From assembly GCA_031254575.1 (NCBI GenBank), contig JAIRUE010000100.1, forward strand, positions 1-62,002: 62,002 nucleotides of DNA, in the 5' to 3' direction. The notes below the pieces were generated by a model that saw only the letters and a list, made by a program, of their open reading frames with translations, was not told the origin of the DNA and did not search any database. The translations under genes were made by a program, and so were the position numbers. Origin of the DNA: Oscillospiraceae bacterium (GTDB lineage Bacteria; Bacillota; Clostridia; Oscillospirales; UBA929). Below, in pieces: positions 47,501-55,020 of the stretch (positions are counted from its first letter, which is position 1; each line of letters starts with the position of its first letter).

Positions 47501-48965
47501 GGACTACGTTTACCATCAGGCCGCCGTCACCGGCGTCCTCACGGTGGAACGCGGGTCCGGCGGCGGGTCGTATGCGGCCGGTACGCCGGTGACGATTACG
47601 GCGGACCCCCCGGGGACAAACGAGGTTTTCGACCGGTGGGTCTCCGACGCCGCCGACGGCGGGACGCTGCATACCCTCGGCGGGCCGAATCTCAACTACG
47701 GCTCCTTCGCGGACGCCTTCTCCCCCGAAACCGGATTTACCATGCCCGATCAGAGCGTGATTGTCACCGCGATGTATAAAACACTGTATACGCTGACGGT
47801 CAGCGGCGGCTCCGGCGGCGGGTCATATGCCGCCGGCACGTCCGTGACGGTCACGGCCGGCGACGCGCCGTCCGGCAAGACGTTTGACAGGTGGACGGGC
47901 GGGGACGGTTCTCTGGCAAACGCCCGCGCCATCTCTACGGTGTTTGTCATGCCCGCCGCCGACACGGCGGTCACGGCTGTATATGAGGATATAGAACACC
48001 CCCTCTATTCGCTCACGACCGTGAGCTGTCACAGCAATAATCACGGGCCGTTTGAGGGGAACGGCTCGGAATCGGTGACCGTCACGGCCGATATGCCGCA
48101 GGGCAGGGTGTTTGCGGGGTGGACTGTTACCGGCGTCGCCTACGGGGGGAGCTTTACCGATCCCGCGCCGGTCACGTTTATCATGCCCGCCGGCAATGTG
48201 ACCGTCACGGCGACCTTCCGTGACGCCGAACCGGACCCCACGCCTACACCGGGACCCGCACCCACACCGGGACCCACGCCTGCGCCGGCCCCGAAGCCGG
48301 CGTCCGCGGACGTGTCCCATATGCTGAACACGGAGGTCCATATGGCGTATGTGACGGGGGTCGGTAAAAACATGTTCGCGCCGGACAGGCCGATCACCCG
48401 CGCGGAGACCGCGCAGATGTTCTATAACCTGCTGATCGATAAGAATATACAAAAGACAAAGAGTTTTCCAGACGTACCGGAGAACGCGTATTTCAAAAAA
48501 GCCGTGGACACGCTGGCGTCCCTCGGCGTCATCGCGGGATACCCGGACGGGCGCTTTTACCCGGACCATCCCATCACACGGGCGGAATTTGTCTCCATCG
48601 CGGTGCGTTTCACAAAGGAAACCCTGGGGAATCTTCCGCCCACGGTCTTCACTGACGTTCCGAAAACCCACTGGGCATACGGTTATATCGTCACCGCGGA
48701 GAGTTACGGGTGGATACACGGCGTCGGCGGCGGACATTTTGAGCCCGACCGCCATATAAACCGCGCCGAAGCCGTGACGCTGGTGAACCGGATGCTTCGC
48801 CGCAACCCTGACAAGGCATATATTGACAGCCATTCCGGCCTCGTGATCTACACCGACACGCCGAAAAGCCATTGGGCGTTCTACGACATCATGGAGGCCT
48901 CGAACGCCCACGATTATGTGCGGCGTGAAGACGGCGAGTCGGAAGAGTGGACACATCTGAAATAA
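44508..48965 (+). CDS. giant SLH-anchored cell-surface protein (beta-helix-like N-domain, nine InlB-type B-repeats, three SLH domains)
   Basis: ATG at 44508 with AAAGGAGGA upstream. Signal peptide ending PAFAAP. Gly/Asn/Val-rich ..V.VNGG.V.. repeats. Nine units of type F.GW....G.F......F.MP..D..V.A.Y. A PTPTPGPAPTPGP linker. Three SLH motifs (F.DVP..HWA...I). Confidence 0.85.
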   Translation: MKTKRNLARFLAAVMIIGIISAGLVFAPVPAFAAPAASLAAQIGNIGGLTADLSPTDPNTIDVSGSAAGIKSTVSLNIDPDVTVNWGANLTGDTPSGRYLLNLSGGGAFNLVGGAAVENGSGIITVTGNGTNVSINSGSLSTPETGNGISVNIAAGNVTLNVNDGGEICNEGTNSAVNVTAGVTGVKINCNGGTVKSYPAGYAVSDGGTSDCVNDTRITVNGGTVAAGSACAVKSTGAGSVITVLSGTVTNEATVNSNPVIYMNGGTGDNVIIGGDGQVIASDNSLGYGVQTTGNVLIRDNAQVKATLGRAVNLVGMNSQITVNGGLVTAATGVAVCTATTNPATVANTKIIINGGVVSATGNDAHGSCRAIMATGQFSEVVVNGGWVSTSANAAEAIYSAGSDSSVLVTGGLVTALDHFAIEAYSGGSVAVSGGFVFSYGTAPLSYKTGANVLTSSVGAITPDRITVSGGGIAAVWDHGAGRTVYTEGDATHLVTEPSPLSVYWHSNGGRPDDGIYYSNNGNAGFFPLPEVEVDLPEPVKHEVTVQYGKGSGLYQAGVTVGVTADPPAGGLEFDCWDVTGNAVPEDIHNAVTTFVMPDNDVALEATYRNRMYTLTVSGGTGGGSYAAGETVTVTAAGAPLYQVFDHWETESGGGSFASAFSPMTEFTMPAGDAAVTAAYRDVPLYAFILEGGTVVSSDFFPVDGKYPAGAVITVRAPGDLPDGYEFGGWYIVGGGGSFDDAFSLVTGFTMPAADTVVSVNPPYSADSPEFYTLTVINGEDVTGGGPYSAGDMVSIAADPTPFGKVFAGWRIAGGAGTFGDAGETETFFRMSDADAAVRAEYTDAEYPLFVEGGEITGGAYGGTNNGQFITGEKILLTAAEPGPETKYRFDGWSVSGGGSFDDGSGPSAGFTMPMGAAVVTAHWIPLHQLTVEGGTTADGGGSGYFEEGAVIEIAKDGAVPADYEFAGWHSHGGGGFGDAASAATTFTMPPNDVTVTADYVYHQAAVTGVLTVERGSGGGSYAAGTPVTITADPPGTNEVFDRWVSDAADGGTLHTLGGPNLNYGSFADAFSPETGFTMPDQSVIVTAMYKTLYTLTVSGGSGGGSYAAGTSVTVTAGDAPSGKTFDRWTGGDGSLANARAISTVFVMPAADTAVTAVYEDIEHPLYSLTTVSCHSNNHGPFEGNGSESVTVTADMPQGRVFAGWTVTGVAYGGSFTDPAPVTFIMPAGNVTVTATFRDAEPDPTPTPGPAPTPGPTPAPAPKPASADVSHMLNTEVHMAYVTGVGKNMFAPDRPITRAETAQMFYNLLIDKNIQKTKSFPDVPENAYFKKAVDTLASLGVIAGYPDGRFYPDHPITRAEFVSIAVRFTKETLGNLPPTVFTDVPKTHWAYGYIVTAESYGWIHGVGGGHFEPDRHINRAEAVTLVNRMLRRNPDKAYIDSHSGLVIYTDTPKSHWAFYDIMEASNAHDYVRREDGESEEWTHLK

Positions 48966-48980
48966 GCGGCGGCGGCAAAA

Positions 48981-49011
48981 ACACCCGTGATAGTACACGG
49001 GTGTTTTTTTC
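48981..49011. terminator. bidirectional intrinsic terminator
   Basis: ACACCCGTG, a 6-nt loop, CACGGGTGT, then T7. An A5 run on the other side. It lies between convergent genes. Confidence 0.75.
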
Positions 49012-49025
49012 GTCTCTATTTACCG

Positions 49026-50729
49026 CTATTTACCGACCGCCTCATCCTCCGCCGCTTTGCGCAGCGCCGCCTGTTCCCTTGTCCACTCGACGCATTGGCC
49101 GTAGCCGTACGCTTTCGCGTCGTTGATCATCTTCGCCACAATATCGTTGTACTCCGCGTCGGTTTTGGCGTATATCGCGCTCCACGAACCGGCCTTGATA
49201 CACTCCGCCACCTGTTTCCATGTGGTGTCGAACTCACCCTCGCGCGTGGCCATGGCGAACGAGGACCCGATGCTGAGCGAGAGGTGCCCGTTTTTCTCCA
49301 GATACTCGTCCGGCCTGATAACGCCGCCCATGTAGTCGCGCCAGCTCTGCTCGATGGGGTAGACAACCTCATTTTCAAGCGTGTTTTTCCACGATCTCCA
49401 GTTGAACGTCTCTCCCAGGGCGGATTCGGGGTTAACGGCGTCTATGGAAAACGTGGTGTTGTTGTGCTGGAACTCGCCGTCTTTGTAAGTCCCTCTATAC
49501 TCCAGGTATTCCACCGGCGTTTGCTTGTCACGCTGGCACGTCTCGCCCAATTCGGTCAGAAATGTGTTGCCGTCGCCGTCATAATCCCACAGGAGCCCTT
49601 TGGGGCCGTAATTATACGTCAATACGCCCTCGGGGGAGCAGAACCAGTTGATGATGTGCATACACAGCTCGGGATAGTTTGTTTTCGCGCCGATCGTCCA
49701 AACGCGGTTGCTGCCAAAAGCGTTCAGCCCGTATACAATGTTCTTCTGGTCCTGCGCGGCGACGCACGCCATGACCTTGCCCGCTTCCTTATGCTCGACC
49801 GTGTTGTACGGGTCCGCCATCCAGCTGAAGATGTTGAAGAAAGCCGCGCCGTTCAGGTATTTCTCGGTCATGTCGTTGAAAGTCTGCGTCATCGAGTCGG
49901 GGTCAAGCAGTCCTTTTTGATAGAGCGTGTTGTAGAATTTCAGCGCGCGCAGATACATTCCGCCTTCCTGAAGGCAATCCTCAAAGGTCTGCGTTTTGGT
50001 GTCGTACAGCCCGCAGCCGAACTCATCGTAGCCGTACAGCGCGCCCGTTGATTTGACCATCATGACCATATCGCCGTCCCAGTCGGGAAAGAACGAGACG
50101 CCGTATGTCTTTGTGCCCGTATCGGAGGCGGGTTCCAGCTTTTGCATCTCCTCCAGAACGGGGACGAAATCCTCAAGGGTTCTGACGCCGGGATACCCGA
50201 GCGCCTGATACAGATCCCAGCGGATGTACGGATAATAGAAATAGTCCTCGTGGTTATCCGCGCTGGCCGCCACGTTATGGCCAAAGCCGTACAGCTTCCC
50301 GCCCGATAGCTGCCTGTTCTTTTCAAGCGCCAGCGTCATGTTTTCCGCGATATACGGCCCGTATGTCTTCAGCAGGTCGTCTTCCTCCCAGTCGTACAGC
50401 ATACCGGCGCCCTTGGCGTCCATATATTGGTTGCCGTCGGTGCCGAAGATCACAATGTCGCCCAGATTGCCCGATTCCATACGCGTGATGAAGGTCCCGT
50501 CCATCTCGTTGATGATGGTGATCTTGACGTTGAACTTCTCTTTCAGCACCTCGGCCGCCCAGCCTATTTGCGCGCCGGAAAAATTGGCGAGCTGCGTGTA
50601 GATGACCAACTCCGTCAGGTTTTTGGGGATAACGCCGGAACCGCCCCCGCCGGCGGCCGCGCACGCCGCCGTGAGTGTGACGGTCAGCAGGACGGCCGTG
50701 AGCATTTTGAGCCATTTTTTCGCTTTCAT
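49026..50729 (-). CDS. large family-1 extracellular solute-binding lipoprotein (LplA-like)
   Basis: ATG at 50729 with AAGGGAGG upstream. Lipobox LTAAC. Its length of about 567 aa is typical of LplA-type sugar SBPs. Confidence 0.85.
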   Translation of the reverse strand: MKAKKWLKMLTAVLLTVTLTAACAAAGGGGSGVIPKNLTELVIYTQLANFSGAQIGWAAEVLKEKFNVKITIINEMDGTFITRMESGNLGDIVIFGTDGNQYMDAKGAGMLYDWEEDDLLKTYGPYIAENMTLALEKNRQLSGGKLYGFGHNVAASADNHEDYFYYPYIRWDLYQALGYPGVRTLEDFVPVLEEMQKLEPASDTGTKTYGVSFFPDWDGDMVMMVKSTGALYGYDEFGCGLYDTKTQTFEDCLQEGGMYLRALKFYNTLYQKGLLDPDSMTQTFNDMTEKYLNGAAFFNIFSWMADPYNTVEHKEAGKVMACVAAQDQKNIVYGLNAFGSNRVWTIGAKTNYPELCMHIINWFCSPEGVLTYNYGPKGLLWDYDGDGNTFLTELGETCQRDKQTPVEYLEYRGTYKDGEFQHNNTTFSIDAVNPESALGETFNWRSWKNTLENEVVYPIEQSWRDYMGGVIRPDEYLEKNGHLSLSIGSSFAMATREGEFDTTWKQVAECIKAGSWSAIYAKTDAEYNDIVAKMINDAKAYGYGQCVEWTREQAALRKAAEDEAVGK

Positions 50730-50756
50730 GCAAATCCTCCCTTTCATATTTTCCGG

Positions 50757-51668
50757 TCAGCCTTTGACCGCGCCCATCATAATGCCCTTCTGGAAATAGC
50801 GCTGCATAAACGGATAGACAAACAGGATGGGGACAATGGTCACCATGGCGACCGTGAGCTGTATGACGCGGTTGCTCATCAGGTTTGCGATGTCGTCCGC
50901 CGAAAGCGATCCCCCCGAATTCACGATCTTGCCCAAATTTGAGGTTGTGTTGAGGTAAATGTAGAGGCGGTGCTGGAGGGTATAGATGGTGGGTTTGGCG
51001 CTCATGAGGATGATGGAGTCGATAAACGAATTCCAGTGGCCCACCGCGCCGAAAACGGCAATGGTCGCCAGTATGGGCTTGCAGAGGGGAAAGATGATGC
51101 GCCGGAATACGGTGAAGTAGCCCGCGCCGTCAATGAACGCGCTCTCCTCCAGTTCGCGCGGGATGGACTCGATATACGTCTTGACCAGGATGATGTTGAA
51201 CGGCTGGACGATCGCCGGGATGATATAGCCCCAGAAGTTATTGGTCAGCCCCAGCATGGACATGTTCAGATACCAGGGCAGAAGCCCGGCGTTGAAGTAC
51301 ATCGTGATGACGATATAGCGGTAAATGATCTTACGCCCCAGCATGGCCTGCTGCGTGACCAGGTAGCCCACCAGCGCCGAGGCGAGCACCATGGCGACCG
51401 TTCCAATGACGGTGCGCCCCGTGGTGGTGAGCAGCGAGTAGCCCATATCCTTGACCTTGAGCATCATGACATAATTTTTCAGATGGACGCCGCGGGGGAA
51501 AAAATTGATAAGCCCCGCCGTGACCAGCTTGTTTTCGCTGATGGTATTGATAAAGAGGTAGTAAATCGGGAATATGCACAGCGCCGTGAACGCGGCAAAG
51601 AACAGCCCGTTGAAGAAATTGAAAATACGGTCCCCGACGGTCAGCCTGTATATGCGATTACCCTCCAC
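50757..51668 (-). CDS. carbohydrate ABC transporter permease (LplC-like)
   Basis: EAA-loop region ESAFIDGAGYF.VFRRII.P. Confidence 0.9.
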   Translation of the reverse strand: MEGNRIYRLTVGDRIFNFFNGLFFAAFTALCIFPIYYLFINTISENKLVTAGLINFFPRGVHLKNYVMMLKVKDMGYSLLTTTGRTVIGTVAMVLASALVGYLVTQQAMLGRKIIYRYIVITMYFNAGLLPWYLNMSMLGLTNNFWGYIIPAIVQPFNIILVKTYIESIPRELEESAFIDGAGYFTVFRRIIFPLCKPILATIAVFGAVGHWNSFIDSIILMSAKPTIYTLQHRLYIYLNTTSNLGKIVNSGGSLSADDIANLMSNRVIQLTVAMVTIVPILFVYPFMQRYFQKGIMMGAVKG

Positions 51669-51680
51669 GCGTCTCCCTCC

Positions 51681-53147
51681 CTACACTATACTCTCGCCGC
51701 GCAGCAGCTTTGACGCCTTGTTCGCGGAGAACAGCAGCGTCACGCTGATGATGGACTTCAGCATTCCGATCAGGGTCGCCAGAGGGATGTTATTACTGCT
51801 CGACTGGCCTGACAATCCCAAATGGTACACATACAAATCAAGCACCTGTATGGTATTCCTGTTGGCGGGGTTGTAGAAGACGAGGTACTGGTCCATGCCG
51901 TTTGAGAGGATGTTCGCGATCGACAGCAGCAGCATGACAAAGTAGGTGGACATCAGCCCCGGTACGGTGATGTGCCACATGCGCCGGTACCGGTTCGCGC
52001 CGTCGGCCATCGCCGCCTCATAGAGCTGCTGGTCTATGCCGGAAATGGCCGCGATATAAATGATCGCGCCCCACCCCAGGCCCTTCCACGTGCCCCACGC
52101 CCACATTTTGAGCCATATGTGGGAGCCGCTGTTGAGGTAATTCGTGCCCTCCGTGATGACCCCCAGATTGATAAGCATCCAGTTGAGGAAGCCCTCGGTG
52201 GAGAAGATGGCGAACGCGACGCTGTACACCAGCACCCAGCTGATGAAATTCGGGATGGTGGTAAAGGTCTGCACAAGGCGTTTGGATCTGTTGGAGCGGA
52301 GCTCCGTGAGAAAAATCGCGAACGCCATCGGAAACCATGAGGTCGCTATCCCGATCCCGCTCATCACAAACGTGTTTTTCAAAACGCGTATAATATCCTT
52401 GCGCGTGGCGGGGTTGGAGAACAGATAGCGGAACCACTTAAATCCCACGAAGGTATCCCATGACAAATCAAAACCCGAGCGGTAGTCAAAAAACGAGTAA
52501 CGCCATCCCCAAAGCGGCAGATAGGCAAACAGGGTGACCAATACGAGAAACGGCAGGATCATCAGAAACAGCCTGTATTTTGCCGCGATTTCATACCGCT
52601 CCTCTTCCACGGGCTTCGGCAGCGTCATCCAGACCCCGGCGGACAGCAGTATCTCAAGCGCGAACAGCGCGAAAAACAGCCCGATGCCCAACGGCAGCAC
52701 GGGCTGGACGCGGCCGGGCTCCGGCGAGCCGGCCATCATGCCGCGGGAAAGGAGCAGGAGCGATGTGCCGGCCAGGCCCGCCAGGCCCGCGCCAAGCGCC
52801 AGCTTTGCGCTCAAACGGCGCATCTTCAGGTTTCCGAGGCTCACGCAGAACGCCGCCGCGCTCAGGGCTATGACAAGGCCCACGACCAGCGCGCCGATGT
52901 ACAGAACCGCCAGCGTCGATTGGCTGACCCACCCCATCGACAGCGCGCGGACAAACTCCGAGCCGATGGCGGAATACGATATGGCGCAGGTGAACAGAGA
53001 CGCGTTTTTGCTGATCAGTTCGCTCACGCGCGCCGGGTTCACGGCGGGTATGAACGCCGACAGGCATACCGCGACAAGGAACACCCGCAATATGGCCGTC
53101 AGCGCTTTCGCGCTTCCGCCGGTTTCGCTTTTCGGCACGGTAATCAC
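51681..53147 (-). CDS. carbohydrate ABC transporter permease (LplB-like) with a roughly 185-aa N-terminal membrane extension
   Basis: The C-terminal 300 aa carry the EAA loop EAAMADGANRYRRMWHITVP. The N-terminal part adds 4-5 hydrophobic segments. A 4-nt overlap with the GH5 stop supports the long start. Confidence 0.8.
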   Translation of the reverse strand: MITVPKSETGGSAKALTAILRVFLVAVCLSAFIPAVNPARVSELISKNASLFTCAISYSAIGSEFVRALSMGWVSQSTLAVLYIGALVVGLVIALSAAAFCVSLGNLKMRRLSAKLALGAGLAGLAGTSLLLLSRGMMAGSPEPGRVQPVLPLGIGLFFALFALEILLSAGVWMTLPKPVEEERYEIAAKYRLFLMILPFLVLVTLFAYLPLWGWRYSFFDYRSGFDLSWDTFVGFKWFRYLFSNPATRKDIIRVLKNTFVMSGIGIATSWFPMAFAIFLTELRSNRSKRLVQTFTTIPNFISWVLVYSVAFAIFSTEGFLNWMLINLGVITEGTNYLNSGSHIWLKMWAWGTWKGLGWGAIIYIAAISGIDQQLYEAAMADGANRYRRMWHITVPGLMSTYFVMLLLSIANILSNGMDQYLVFYNPANRNTIQVLDLYVYHLGLSGQSSSNNIPLATLIGMLKSIISVTLLFSANKASKLLRGESIV

Positions 53148-54940
53148 CCTTCGATATAGTCAAATATGACGGTGATCGTCTCTATATGCTCGTTGACGTA
53201 ATGTTCAAGGGGAGCGGGCGTCGCGCCCGTCAGGTCGCCGCCGGCCGCCCGCGCTTCCGCCGGGATGTCGCTGACCCACTCGTTGTAAAGGTTGACTCTC
53301 GTGCAGACCTTGTTGTCGGAGGTGGTGTACAGCTTGCCGGAAGGCTCGGCGGGTTCGCCGTTTATCCGGATCTCCTTAATGTCCATGATATACCCCGGGA
53401 ACAGTATCTCGCCGTTTATCAGCCCCACGGCGGCGAAAACAATGCCGTCGGCGTATCCGGCGCCGGTGCCCGTGAAGTCGAGGGCGACCTCGTACGTGCC
53501 GGGGCCGGTGACTTCCACATCCGTCGCGACGGCCCCCGCCGTGATTGATTCGGGTTTATACGCGTCGCCCACGCTGTACTGTGTCGACCAGTCGCCGCTG
53601 CTGAACATGATCCACGCGAACGCCTCGCTGGCCTCCACCACAAACTCCGGCCGGTCGGCGGCTTTTTTCAGCATCCAGGCGATGTTGTCCCTCGCGTTCA
53701 CAACGATCTCTTCACGCGTCAGCGAATCGCGCGCCGTGCTCCTGTCCTTGAAAAGCCTTGCGATGTCCGGGGCGTTGAGGGCGCGCGTTCCGCTCCTGTC
53801 AAACAGTCCGCCGGTATCCCACAGCAGCGGGCAGTAGCCGTACAGGTCGCAGTTGGTCAGGAAGTTATTAAAATAACCCAGCCTGTCCTCGCCCTCGTTG
53901 TCGAGGACGCCCCATTCGCCCAAAACGATGCCGTACCCCTGGGCGGTGTATTTCGTCAGCATTTCCAGCAGCGTGTTCTGCTCCTCGACGTCGCCCGTCG
54001 TCCCCCATTGGCCCACGCCGGAAGTGTCGCCGCAGTAGCTCCACGGGGTGTAGTAGTGTACCGAGAGGAGCAGTTTGTTGCCGGCCGTGTCCGTCGGCAT
54101 TTTGAACCTGCCGTCGCAGGTCATGGCGACGTCGGTGTTGTAGCCGGGGATCAGCAGGAAGCGGCTGGCGTTGTTCCCGCCCAGCCCTCTCATCGTATCG
54201 ACGAATTTCTGCGCCGCAACGGTCAGCAGCTCGTAGCATTCGTCCTGCGTCAGATTGCCGCCCGTGGGATTGAACGGCGTTTTGTCGTTGAACCGGTTGC
54301 CCCATTCCTCGTTCGCCGGCTCGAAAATAAGGCGGTTGTCATATTTTTCATAGCGCTCGGCGATTTGCGTCCACATGGACACAAAGATGTCCATCGCCTT
54401 GTCGCGCACAGCCTGCTCGGGATGGCTGAACATGCTCCACCAGCCGTGATCCCAGTGGTCGTTGATAACGACGTACATGCCCTCGTCCAGCGCGTAATCG
54501 ATGATCTCCTCCACGCGGTCAAGATACGCCCGCCCGATCGTATAGTCCCCGTTTTCAAAATCCATCGCGTTTGTCCAGGCGATCGGAACGCGCAGGGTTT
54601 GGAATCCCGCGTCCTTCATGCCCTTTACCATGTCCCGCGTGGTCACGGGCTGTCCCCACATCGTCTCGTATACGGACGGGTCGCGCCCGGGGATGCGGTT
54701 TTTGCTGTCGCACGCCTCCATCGTATTGCCCAGATTGATGCCGTAGCCCATCAGCCGCGCCATCTCAAGGGACGTGAGGTCTTTCGCGGCAGGCGGTTCC
54801 TCTCCGCCATCCGGGCTTTCCGCCGGTTCGGTTACAGTGACCGGCGGTTTGTCCCCGCCGTCCGTTGCGGAGGGGGATGCCACGGCGCAGGAAGCCAGCA
54901 GGAGCGCGAGAACAAGGATCAGCGCCGATACTTTGCGCAT
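53144..54940 (-). CDS. glycoside hydrolase family 5 lipoprotein with a C-terminal accessory domain
   Basis: Lipobox LLASC, NLGNTMEA, and the catalytic acid/base region IFEPANEEW. The last roughly 190 aa resemble the C-terminal module of the next gene. Confidence 0.85.
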   Translation of the reverse strand: MRKVSALILVLALLLASCAVASPSATDGGDKPPVTVTEPAESPDGGEEPPAAKDLTSLEMARLMGYGINLGNTMEACDSKNRIPGRDPSVYETMWGQPVTTRDMVKGMKDAGFQTLRVPIAWTNAMDFENGDYTIGRAYLDRVEEIIDYALDEGMYVVINDHWDHGWWSMFSHPEQAVRDKAMDIFVSMWTQIAERYEKYDNRLIFEPANEEWGNRFNDKTPFNPTGGNLTQDECYELLTVAAQKFVDTMRGLGGNNASRFLLIPGYNTDVAMTCDGRFKMPTDTAGNKLLLSVHYYTPWSYCGDTSGVGQWGTTGDVEEQNTLLEMLTKYTAQGYGIVLGEWGVLDNEGEDRLGYFNNFLTNCDLYGYCPLLWDTGGLFDRSGTRALNAPDIARLFKDRSTARDSLTREEIVVNARDNIAWMLKKAADRPEFVVEASEAFAWIMFSSGDWSTQYSVGDAYKPESITAGAVATDVEVTGPGTYEVALDFTGTGAGYADGIVFAAVGLINGEILFPGYIMDIKEIRINGEPAEPSGKLYTTSDNKVCTRVNLYNEWVSDIPAEARAAGGDLTGATPAPLEHYVNEHIETITVIFDYIEG

Positions 54941-55020
54941 ATCATCATTTCCCTTTCATCCATACCGGGACAAAAGGGGCGGCACACCGCCGTTACCGTG
55001 TGCCGATCCCCTGTCGCCTC

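Noticed and set aside
48228-48300. Short Pro/Thr-coding tandem repeats
   Set aside because: This is a low-complexity PT linker between the B-repeats and the SLH domains of the surface protein, not an independent repeat element.
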